From Verrucomicrobiaceae bacterium (GTDB lineage: Bacteria; Verrucomicrobiota; Verrucomicrobiia; Verrucomicrobiales; Akkermansiaceae), in assembly GCA_027491155.1 (NCBI GenBank), contig JAIXWR010000023.1:74610-138609 (forward strand): a stretch of 64,000 bases of DNA, given 5' to 3'. Within the stretch, counting starts at the first letter, position 1, and each line of letters begins with the position of its first letter. A program made the translations under genes and the position numbers. Of this stretch, positions 25,142-32,731 are shown one piece after another. The notes under the pieces were generated by a model. That model was not told where the DNA came from. It did not search any database and was given only the letters and a program-made list of their open reading frames with translations.

Positions 25142-26032
25142 TCAATTCCCCGGAAAGGGATCGGCATCCAGCCGGAGCTGGATTTCTTCCATCGGAATGG
25201 CCGGCTTGGCGGGCGGGTCGGCGCGCTTCACGACTGCCAGGGCCACGGCGGTGAGGGTGGTCAGCAAAAGGAGCACGGCGAGCGCGAAGGTCGAGCCGCG
25301 GGGCGAGCGCGAGAACATCCGGCGGACGCGGGCTTCCAGGCCGCTTTCGTGGGCCATCGCCAATGCGGTGGCGGGGGAATGAGCGGGAGCGGCGAGGTCG
25401 CAGAGGACGTTCGCATAGCGGTCGGCGGGCATGCCTTCGGCGAGCAGGGCTTCGTCGCAGGCGAACTCGCACTGCTCGGCGAGGCGGCGGGCCATCCACC
25501 AGACGAAGGGATTGAACCAGTGCAAGGCGCAGGCGGCGGCAGCGATGGCGCGCCAGAGCGGATCGCGGCGCTGGTGGTGCTTGGTTTCGTGGGCCAGCAC
25601 GGCTTCGCGGACCTCGGCGGACCAGTGGTGCCAGGCTTCGGGAACGAAGATCACCGGCTTGAAGATCCCGGCGGCGACAGGGCCGGCGAGGCCGGGCAGG
25701 AGGCGGAGGTCGATGCCGTCGCGGAGCTCGATCCGTTCCGATTTCCGCCGCCAGCGCATGAGCACGCCGAGGGCGACGAAGAGCCGGAGGGAAGCGATCG
25801 CCACGCCCGCGGCCCAGAGCCAGGGCAGCCATTGCGTGAGGGCGGGGGGTGCCGGTTGGAAGTCGGCGGGGGGAAGCAGCGGGGCTTTCGGCAGGAAGAA
25901 GAGCAGCGGGAAGATCGCCAGCAGGGAGAGGGCGAGCAGGGTCAGCCGCGGATCGCGCGCCGCATCGCGCCGGCCGGCCAGCCAGACGGCGGCGGCGGCG
26001 ATGAGGGAGAAGGCGATGGCGGTGGAGAGCAT
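25142..26032 (-). CDS. BlaR1-like M56 family peptidase, minimal form without a sensor domain
   Basis: 296 aa and multi-TM. The HExxH motif reads LAHETKHHQRRD. Only about 30 residues follow the last TM helix. Confidence 0.8.
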   Translation of the reverse strand: MLSTAIAFSLIAAAAVWLAGRRDAARDPRLTLLALSLLAIFPLLFFLPKAPLLPPADFQPAPPALTQWLPWLWAAGVAIASLRLFVALGVLMRWRRKSERIELRDGIDLRLLPGLAGPVAAGIFKPVIFVPEAWHHWSAEVREAVLAHETKHHQRRDPLWRAIAAAACALHWFNPFVWWMARRLAEQCEFACDEALLAEGMPADRYANVLCDLAAPAHSPATALAMAHESGLEARVRRMFSRSPRGSTFALAVLLLLTTLTAVALAVVKRADPPAKPAIPMEEIQLRLDADPFPGN

Positions 26033-26051
26033 GGGGAAAGTGCCGAGTGAT

Positions 26052-26110
26052 CCTCCTTCGCCGCCTACTTCGCTAAAGCTACGAAGGCCAGGAAGGCTAC
26101 GGAGGACAGG
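26052..26110. repeat. Intergenic repeat family B (CTTCGCYAARGCTACGAAGGMCAGG), about 1.5 copies
   Basis: CTTCGCTAAAGCTACGAAGGCCAGG followed by AAGGCTACGGAGGACAGG. The first part matches CTTCGCCAAGGCTACGAAGGACAGG at 50123-50147 in 22 of 25 positions. Confidence 0.6.
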
Positions 26111-26127
26111 TCAGTGATCAGTGGGAA

Positions 26128-26148
26128 GACAGGGGACAGGGGACAGGG
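26128..26148. repeat. Tandem heptamer (GACAGGG)x3
   Basis: Three perfect units that end 1 nt before the blaI stop codon. They are preceded by TCAGTGA TCAGTGG at 26111-26124. Confidence 0.7.
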
Positions 26149-26149
26149 G

Positions 26150-26518
26150 TTACCTTTTGTGGATGAGGCTGCGGATTTTGGCGATCTCGTCCTGGCTGAG
26201 TTGCTGGTCCTTGGGATCGAGGAGGGCGGCGACGAGTTTCTCGGGGCGGCCTTCGAAGAAGGTGGAGAGGAGCTGCTTGAGGGCGGAGCGCTTGGCTTTT
26301 TTCTCGGGGACTTCCGGGCGATAGACGTAGCGGCGGGAGTCCTTGCGGTGGGAAACGAGGCCCTTTTCCATCATGGTTGCGAGAAGCGCGCGGACGGCGG
26401 AATAGGTCGGCGGGTCGGCCATTTCATCCATCACTTCCTGCGCCGTGGCCTCGCCCTTGCGGTAGAGGATTTCCATGACCTGCCGCTCGCGGCGTGCCAG
26501 TGTCTCTGCGTTGCTCAT
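26150..26518 (-). CDS. blaI: BlaI/MecI/CopY family transcriptional repressor
   Basis: 122 aa from MSNAETLARRERQVMEILYRKGEATAQEV, a winged-helix pattern. It lies upstream of the M56 peptidase gene. The start is Met47 of track ORF 26150..26656. Confidence 0.85.
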   Translation of the reverse strand: MSNAETLARRERQVMEILYRKGEATAQEVMDEMADPPTYSAVRALLATMMEKGLVSHRKDSRRYVYRPEVPEKKAKRSALKQLLSTFFEGRPEKLVAALLDPKDQQLSQDEIAKIRSLIHKR

Positions 26519-26536
26519 CGGCGGAGAAATAAAGGA

Positions 26537-26619
26537 TGCTGGAAAAGCTGCAATTGAAATGTTGGAAAAACAGCACAAAAGGTTTGACCCGGGTTTTCTC
26601 AAATGCTGCTTTTCCAGCA
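26537..26619. promoter_or_regulatory. Three copies of a TGCTG-N6-CAGCA dyad (candidate BlaI operators)
   Basis: The sites are TGCTGGAAAAGCTGCA (26537-26552), TGTTGGAAAAACAGCA (26560-26575) and TGCTGCTTTTCCAGCA (26604-26619, a perfect dyad in inverted orientation). Start-to-start spacing is 23 and 44 bp. Confidence 0.5.
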
Positions 26620-26621
26620 CC

Positions 26622-27542
26622 ATGAAATGCATGACGACGATGACGGGCTCCGGCAAGCGGGGCGGAGGGCTTCTCCTGATCTCGGCGCTGGCGGCGCTGT
26701 GGCTGAGCGGCTGTGCAGTGCCCGGCGGCGGCTATGATGCCGCGAACCGCTATCCGTCGGCGCCCGCCTCCCCGGAATACAGCGTCGCCGAAGCTGCCAC
26801 CGCGGGCAGCCGCAGCGGCGACGGGTCCATCAACCGCAACAACATCGACGCGGTCCTGAGCAATCCGAACCGCTCGCCCGAGAAGCCCCGCCAGAAGGCC
26901 GCGGAGGAGCGGCCGGGCCTCGCGACCGGCTTTGGCGAATCGACCCGCTCGCCCTGGTATCAGCAGTCCTTCGTCCGGGCCTCGGCCAAGCCAGTCGGCA
27001 CCGGCGCGCTCTACTACAACAACCGCGAGGGCATCGATGCGATGACCGGCGGCAAGTACAAGGTGTCCGGCGTGGAGACCGCCGCGGGGGACATGATCGA
27101 GTGGGGGATCAAGGGCGGCTTCGGCTACCTGCCGACCTACCGCACCTATTCCACGTCGCGCCGCTTCGTGGTGGGCAAGCACGGCTCGCACTATTCGATC
27201 GTGCTGAAGAACCGCTGCAAGAGCCGGCTGGAAGTCGTGCTCAGCGTGGACGGTCTCGACGTGCTCGACGGCAAGGCGGCGTCGTTTGGCAAGCGCGGCT
27301 ATGTGATCGCGCCGGATGAAACGCTCGAGATCAAGGGCTGGCGGACCAGTCCGGAAACCGTGGCGCGCTTCCAGTTTTCGACGGTTGCGGGATCGTATGC
27401 GAACCTGGCGCACGGGGATCATCGCAACGTCGGCGTGATCGGCATGGCGGTCTTCACCGAGAAGGGCGTCGATCCCTGGACCTGGATGCCGCAGGAGGTG
27501 AATCAGCGGCTTACGGCGGATCCCTTCGCGAAAGCCCCTTGA
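26622..27542 (+). CDS. Lipoprotein of unknown function
   Basis: Lipobox LWLSGC after a basic N-terminus. 306 aa. I recognise no family in the C-terminal domain. It is divergent from blaI. Confidence 0.6.
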   Translation: MKCMTTMTGSGKRGGGLLLISALAALWLSGCAVPGGGYDAANRYPSAPASPEYSVAEAATAGSRSGDGSINRNNIDAVLSNPNRSPEKPRQKAAEERPGLATGFGESTRSPWYQQSFVRASAKPVGTGALYYNNREGIDAMTGGKYKVSGVETAAGDMIEWGIKGGFGYLPTYRTYSTSRRFVVGKHGSHYSIVLKNRCKSRLEVVLSVDGLDVLDGKAASFGKRGYVIAPDETLEIKGWRTSPETVARFQFSTVAGSYANLAHGDHRNVGVIGMAVFTEKGVDPWTWMPQEVNQRLTADPFAKAP

Positions 27543-27571
27543 GTTTGCAGCGGCCGTGGTGCCGATTTCTT

Positions 27572-27637
27572 GAAAGAAAAGAAAGGCGTGAGCCGTCATC
27601 CCCCCCGGAACTTCGACTCACGCCTTTTCTGGTTTTT
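27572..27637. terminator. Bidirectional intrinsic terminator candidate
   Basis: AAAGGCGTGAG (27582-27592) pairs with CTCACGCCTTT (27617-27627) around a 24-nt loop. A GAAAGAAAAGAAA tract lies upstream and TCTGGTTTTT downstream, giving T-rich tracts on both strands. Confidence 0.55.
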
Positions 27638-27862
27638 CGCGATCCGTTCCGGCCGTCCCTTCGTCTGAAATCCCCCCGGAGTTCAGTGGCGATGGTGAGG
27701 CGGCCTTTCGATCCGCTGTCTTCTCGAACCCGTTTGGCGGGCCGGAAGATTCCGGAAGATGGCCACCGATTCGGGCAAGGCGAGGAATAATTTGCGGAAG
27801 AAGCAGAAACTTTTTCCCAATTCATTCACAATCGCCCTCCAGCAAGTGTTTGAATCGGCGAT

Positions 27863-30607
27863 TTATTGGTCCTTTTTGCCGATCAGGTCCTCGATGCTGT
27901 CCTGAAGGCGGTGCAAAAGGGCATCGTCGGCGACCTTCCTGCCGTCCTGGGTGGTGATGTAGATGGTGTCCATCGCCGCGCCCTTTTCGGTCGAGATCCG
28001 CGCGTTGGCGGTGTTGAGGCCGTGGGTGTTGATGGCGTGGAAGATGTCGTGGAGGAGGCCGATGCGGTCGACCGCCTGGATCTCGATGGCGGTGCAGGAG
28101 GGGTGGAGGTCGTTCGACACGTAGGCGCGGACCGGGAAGGCCATGCCGTGGTCGTTCTTCGGGCGCAGCAGGTTGGGGCGGCGGCGGAAATAGCGGGCGT
28201 GCTCGTATTTCTCCAGCAGCCCGACCTCTCGCAGGGTGGTCGAGAGGCGCTTGCGGAGGGCGAGGTCGGCGACCGGTTCGAAGTTCGTGGTGCAGACGCG
28301 GAAGATGTCGAGCACCACGCCGTCGCTGCGGGTGAAGAAGTCGGCGGCGAGGATGTTCAGTTCCTCCGACGCGAGGGCACAGCAGATCTTCTCTAACAGC
28401 AGCGGCCGGTCGTGGGTGGCGATGACCAGCTCGGTGTAGCCCTTCTCGTTGCTATCGAGCCACTGGAGCGAGCAGTCGAAGGTCGCGGGATCGGCCTTGG
28501 GGTCGAGCTTCAGCACGGCCTTGACGTGGCTGGCCACGGCGGCGGCGTCGCGAAAGCGGAAATAGGACTCGGGCATCCGCTTGAAGTGCTCGTCCACCGC
28601 CGCCTGGTCGTCCTCTTCCTTGAAAAGGGCCTTCACCTGTTCCTTGAGGGTCTTCTTTTCGGTGCGGATCGAGGCGGCGTAGCTCTCCTTGCCTTCCTTC
28701 AGGAAAGTCCGGGTGTTGGCGTGGAGCTGGAGCATCAGGGTTTCCTTCCAGCTCGACCAGGTCTCGGTGTTGGTGCCGTTGGAATCGGCGTAGCTGAAGA
28801 GCAGCAGGACATCGAGCCGGGCCTTGGTCTTCACGATGCGGGCGAACTCGGCGACCACGTCGGGGTCCTCGATGTTGCGGGTGGTGGCGAAGCGCCAGAA
28901 GGTCAGGTGGTGGTCCACCAGGAACATGATGAGCGCGCGGCGCGGGCCGTGGACCTGGAGGCGGTTGCAAAGCCTGGAGGCGAGCATCGCCGAGCCGTCG
29001 GTGTGCTCGCGGACGTTCTCGGCGCGGCCGGTGTCGTGGAGGATGAGGGCGAGGTAGAGCGCGTAGGGGTCCTCGGCCTCGCGGAAGAGGCGGCGGTAGA
29101 TTTCCCGGCGCGGGTCGTCGCTGCCGACCAGGGCGTCGAGTTCCTCGATGCACCGCAGCGTGTGCTCGTCGGCGGTGTAGCGGTGGAAGAACTCGTGCTG
29201 GACCAGGCAGTCGAGCGCGCCGAACTCCGGCAGGTAGCGGCCGAGGAAGCCGACGCGGTGCATCTGGCGCAGCGCGCGGGCGACGTCGCCCTTGCGTTCG
29301 AGGATGGCCTGGAAGGTCTCGCGGTTGGCCTTGGAGTAGCGGAAGGGCCGGTCGATGTTCTCGCGGTGGGCCTTCAGCAGCTTGCGCATGGGCGGGCTGA
29401 GCTTCAGGCCGCGGAGCTGGCAGTGCTGGAAGAGCCGCATGAGGCGCTGCGGGTCCTCCTTGAAGATGTCGTTGTGGAGCGGATAGATGCGGCCTTCGCG
29501 GGCGACGAAGCCGTCGAACTCCTCGCGCTTCTTCGGGCGGAGCATGAGGAAGGACTTGAGCCCGGTGACGGCCATTTCCTCCTGCTCGATCTCGAAGCTC
29601 TCCATCAGCGATCCGGTGTGCTGGTAGAGGCTGCGGGTGTGGCGGTAGTAGTCCCGCATGAAGGCCTCGGTCTTGCGGAGGATGCCGCGTTCCGGGTAGC
29701 GGAAATTGGTGGCGACCACGCCTTGCAGGCGGAGGGTGAGCTGGTCGTTCTCGCGGCCGGCCTCGTAGTGGAGTTCGTTGCGGACGCGGTTGAGGAAATC
29801 GTATGCGGCCTCGATTTTCCGGAGCGCGGTGGCGGTGAGCAGGCGGTCGTCCACCAGCTTGCGCAGGTCGGCGCTGCCGCGCTTCACCCGGGCGACCCAG
29901 CGGATGTTGTGGTAGTCGCGCATGCCGCCGCAGCCTTCCTTCACGTTGGGCTCCTGGAGGAAGACGGTCTTCGAGTATTTCTGGTGGCGGCTGCGCAGGT
30001 CCTGGCGGCGGAGGTCGAAGAAGGCCTCCTGCTTCTTGCGCACGCAGTCCTTGTCGAAGCGCTCCTGGAATTCGGCGAAGAGCTTCTTGTCGCCGGCCAG
30101 CAGGCGGGCTTCGAGCAGCGCGGTCTTGTTCTCCTGGTCGGCGGCGGCCTGTTCGAGGCACTCGGCAATCGAGCGGCAGGCGTGGCCGACCTTGAAGCCG
30201 ACGTCCCACAGCAGGTAGAGGATTTCCTGGATCAGGGTGGTGAGGTCTTCCGGGAGCTTGTTGGACGCGCGGGGCAGCAGGAAGAGGAGGTCGATGTCCG
30301 AGCCGGGATTCAGCGTGCCGCGGCCGTAGCCGCCGATGGCGCAGAGCGCGAGCACCGGGGCTTCCTTGCGCTTCGACAGGGCGAGGTCGAACAGCGAGCG
30401 GAGGACGACATCGAGCAGCTCGGCCCGGGCGCGGGCGATCTCGAGTCCGCCGGCTCCGGCGCGGTGTCGGAGCTTGATGCGGTGTTCCTCGATCTTGAGG
30501 AAGCGCTTGTAGAGGGCGATCCGTTCGGCGGGCGAGAGCTGGCCCTGGGCGGCGGGCTTGAGGGCCGTCTTGGCGTGGGCCTGCAGGGTTTTGAGATTGG
30601 CGGACAT
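27863..30607 (-). CDS. glnD: Bifunctional [protein-PII] uridylyltransferase / uridylyl-removing enzyme
   Basis: About 914 aa. The order is a nucleotidyltransferase region (GGYGRGTLNPGSDIDLLFL), an HD domain (LALILHDTGRA) and two C-terminal ACT-like regions. The start is taken at ATG 30607; an upstream TTG at 30646 is possible. Confidence 0.9.
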   Translation of the reverse strand: MSANLKTLQAHAKTALKPAAQGQLSPAERIALYKRFLKIEEHRIKLRHRAGAGGLEIARARAELLDVVLRSLFDLALSKRKEAPVLALCAIGGYGRGTLNPGSDIDLLFLLPRASNKLPEDLTTLIQEILYLLWDVGFKVGHACRSIAECLEQAAADQENKTALLEARLLAGDKKLFAEFQERFDKDCVRKKQEAFFDLRRQDLRSRHQKYSKTVFLQEPNVKEGCGGMRDYHNIRWVARVKRGSADLRKLVDDRLLTATALRKIEAAYDFLNRVRNELHYEAGRENDQLTLRLQGVVATNFRYPERGILRKTEAFMRDYYRHTRSLYQHTGSLMESFEIEQEEMAVTGLKSFLMLRPKKREEFDGFVAREGRIYPLHNDIFKEDPQRLMRLFQHCQLRGLKLSPPMRKLLKAHRENIDRPFRYSKANRETFQAILERKGDVARALRQMHRVGFLGRYLPEFGALDCLVQHEFFHRYTADEHTLRCIEELDALVGSDDPRREIYRRLFREAEDPYALYLALILHDTGRAENVREHTDGSAMLASRLCNRLQVHGPRRALIMFLVDHHLTFWRFATTRNIEDPDVVAEFARIVKTKARLDVLLLFSYADSNGTNTETWSSWKETLMLQLHANTRTFLKEGKESYAASIRTEKKTLKEQVKALFKEEDDQAAVDEHFKRMPESYFRFRDAAAVASHVKAVLKLDPKADPATFDCSLQWLDSNEKGYTELVIATHDRPLLLEKICCALASEELNILAADFFTRSDGVVLDIFRVCTTNFEPVADLALRKRLSTTLREVGLLEKYEHARYFRRRPNLLRPKNDHGMAFPVRAYVSNDLHPSCTAIEIQAVDRIGLLHDIFHAINTHGLNTANARISTEKGAAMDTIYITTQDGRKVADDALLHRLQDSIEDLIGKKDQ

Positions 30608-30699
30608 CCGTTGGCGCGAGGGTGCGCGGATTTCGTGCGGGGTCAAGGCGGCGGGAGCGGGGCTTGCCTGGAAGGCGATGGCATGGCGGGCTTGCGGCG

Positions 30700-31266
30700 A
30701 TGAATCCGTCAGAGCGTCCCACGGTCCTCGCCCACCGCGAAGTGGCGGCGGTGCTGCGGCCGGGCGATTGGGCGATCGACGCGACGGCGGGCAACGGCCA
30801 CGACACGGCGTTCCTGGCGGAGCGGGTGGGGGAGTCGGGGAAAGTGCTGGCTTTCGACATCCAGGCGGAGGCGATCGCCGCGGCGCGGGCCCGGGTGGAG
30901 GCGGCGGGGCTGGGCGGGCGGGTGGACTTCATCCACGGCTCGCACGACCGGATGGCGGATCATGCGGCGCCCGCGAGCGTGGCGGCGGTGATGTTCAATC
31001 TCGGCTACTTCCCCGGCGGCGATCATGCGGTGATCACCCGGACCGCCGGGACGCTGGCGGCTCTGGAGGCGGCGCGGTCCTTGCTGAAATCCGGCGGCGT
31101 CCTGACCGTGGTGTGCTATCCCGGGCATCCCGGCGGGGACGAGGAAAGCGCGGCGGTCGCGGCCTGGAGCGAGGGGCTGGATGCGGCGGACCATGTCATC
31201 TCGATCGCGCGGCGCAGCGATACCATGCGGCCGTCGCCCTTCCTGGTCGCGGTGCGGCGGAGGTGA
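30700..31266 (+). CDS. Class I SAM-dependent methyltransferase, YtqB/MnmM-like
   Basis: 188 aa. The SAM motif reads AIDATAGNGHDTAFLAERVGESGKVLAFDIQ. The start is Met27 of track ORF 30622..31266. Confidence 0.7.
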   Translation: MNPSERPTVLAHREVAAVLRPGDWAIDATAGNGHDTAFLAERVGESGKVLAFDIQAEAIAAARARVEAAGLGGRVDFIHGSHDRMADHAAPASVAAVMFNLGYFPGGDHAVITRTAGTLAALEAARSLLKSGGVLTVVCYPGHPGGDEESAAVAAWSEGLDAADHVISIARRSDTMRPSPFLVAVRRR

Positions 31267-31377
31267 GGACGGGGAGCCCGGTTCTCAAAACTTCCTTGGC
31301 ACCTCGCAGGGGCCGCTTAGTTTTGCCGGCAACCCTTGTTCCCTGCCCGCGGGAATCTCCCGTTGGCCTCGCACCGA

Positions 31378-32094
31378 ATGAAGCTGCTCTTTGTCGCCGA
31401 CCTGCATTACGCGCTCAAGCAGTTCGACTGGCTGCACGCCAACGCGCCGGGCTCCGATGCCGTGATCATCGGCGGCGACCTGCTGGATCTGGCCGGCAGC
31501 CTCGACCTCGACGTGCAGGCGGTGGTGGTGGAGCAGTATCTTGGCAGGCTGAGCGGCTTGACGCGGGTGTTCGTGAGTTCCGGGAATCATGACGGCGACG
31601 GCCGCGACGAGGCCGGCGAGTCGCGGGCGCGGTGGCTCGGCTATTTGAAAGGAGAGCGCCTGCACGTCGATGGCGATTCGGTGGACCTCGACGGCACCCG
31701 GATCACGGTTTGCCCGTGGTGGGACGGTCCGGTGAGCCGGGAAGAGGTCGAGCGGCAGTTGCTGGCCGCGGTGCCGCCGGAAGGCACGCGTTGGATCTGG
31801 GTCCATCACGCGCCGCCGGAGGGTCCGCTGGGATGGACCGGCAAGGTGTCGGCGGGCGACGTGTTCCTCAACGGCTGGATCGAGCGCTTCCAGCCGGACC
31901 TGGTGCTCTGCGGGCACATCCACAACGCTCCCTTTCACTCCGCCGGCGCCTGGGTGCAGCGCTTGGGGAAAAGCTGGGCTTTCAATCCGGGGCGCGAGAT
32001 CGGCGAGCATCCGACCAGCCTGTGGCTCGACCTCGAGGAAGGGTCCGCGCGCTGGGTCTCGAGCGCCGGGGTGGAGGTGCAGGAATTGTGCTGA
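31378..32094 (+). CDS. Calcineurin-like metallophosphoesterase
   Basis: Motifs ADLH, GGDLLD, GNHD and GHIH occur in the canonical order. Confidence 0.8.
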   Translation: MKLLFVADLHYALKQFDWLHANAPGSDAVIIGGDLLDLAGSLDLDVQAVVVEQYLGRLSGLTRVFVSSGNHDGDGRDEAGESRARWLGYLKGERLHVDGDSVDLDGTRITVCPWWDGPVSREEVERQLLAAVPPEGTRWIWVHHAPPEGPLGWTGKVSAGDVFLNGWIERFQPDLVLCGHIHNAPFHSAGAWVQRLGKSWAFNPGREIGEHPTSLWLDLEEGSARWVSSAGVEVQELC

Positions 32095-32116
32095 ACAAGG
32101 GCCGCGCGGCGGATGG

Positions 32117-32590
32117 CTAGGCATCCCGCGCCGCGGTCCGGTCGGCGGCAGTGCCGGCCTGGCGGTGGACGAGCACGCCGAGCACCGAATCGACCATGCC
32201 GAGGTGGTCGTGGCCTTCATACTGGCGCTTCACGTCCACGAGGTAGCGGTTCAGCGCGTCGATGCGGCGGGCCAGCAGCCGCGCGATGTGCAGGCTGGCG
32301 GCGGGGGAGGCGGCGAAGAAATCCATCGGGCGGTCGATGACGGCGAAGCGCGACGGCGTCAGGCAGCGGACGGATGCCGTGCAGATGCCGCCGAGCAGCA
32401 TCGCCATCTCGCCGAAGACGGCTCCGGGTTCGGTCGCCCGGGCGACCCGCTGCTCGTCGCGCAGGACTTCCACCGCGCCTTCCAGCAGCACCAGCACCTG
32501 ATGGCAGGGCTCGTCCTGTTGCAGCGCGATTTCCCCGGCGGCATAGGTGCGGGCGGGCTGGCCGGCGACGAGTTCGAGGATCGAGTTCAT
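32117..32590 (-). CDS. Stand-alone cyclic-nucleotide-binding domain protein
   Basis: 157 aa. The CAP-type cNMP-binding pattern includes (GAVFGEMAMLLGGICTASVRC). A short helical tail follows, and no HTH or enzymatic domain is present. Confidence 0.65.
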   Translation of the reverse strand: MNSILELVAGQPARTYAAGEIALQQDEPCHQVLVLLEGAVEVLRDEQRVARATEPGAVFGEMAMLLGGICTASVRCLTPSRFAVIDRPMDFFAASPAASLHIARLLARRIDALNRYLVDVKRQYEGHDHLGMVDSVLGVLVHRQAGTAADRTAARDA

Positions 32591-32731
32591 CCGGCGGGAG
32601 GGTGGGCCTTTGCGGCCGCGAGGTAAACGCGAAAACCGTGTCACCCGCCGTCGTCCGCAGGATCCGGCAGGAAGAAGCCGCTGCGGGACATTGACCTCGC
32701 CCTTGCTTTGGGGTTTCTGGCGCTTTCACCC

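Noticed and set aside
25142-26032. BlaR1-like gene as evidence of beta-lactam sensing or resistance
   Set aside because: The protein lacks the penicillin-binding sensor domain, and no beta-lactamase or PBP2a-type gene is nearby. The family is widely used for unrelated signals.
26111-26148. Heptamer arrays and REP-like elements as a degenerate CRISPR array
   Set aside because: The units are 7 nt with no spacers. The family A/B elements are single dispersed copies. No cas genes are present.
27700-27810. SRP (4.5S) RNA-like motif GCGGAAGAAGCAG
   Set aside because: It only loosely resembles the conserved GGAAGGAAGCAGCC region. The matching asymmetric-loop partner strand and the closing helix are not present.
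28412-30932. 763-aa plus-strand ORF and 826-aa alternative minus-frame ORF overlapping glnD
   Set aside because: Only the frame at 27863..30607 gives the nucleotidyltransferase, HD and ACT architecture. The others are Arg/Pro/Gly-rich.
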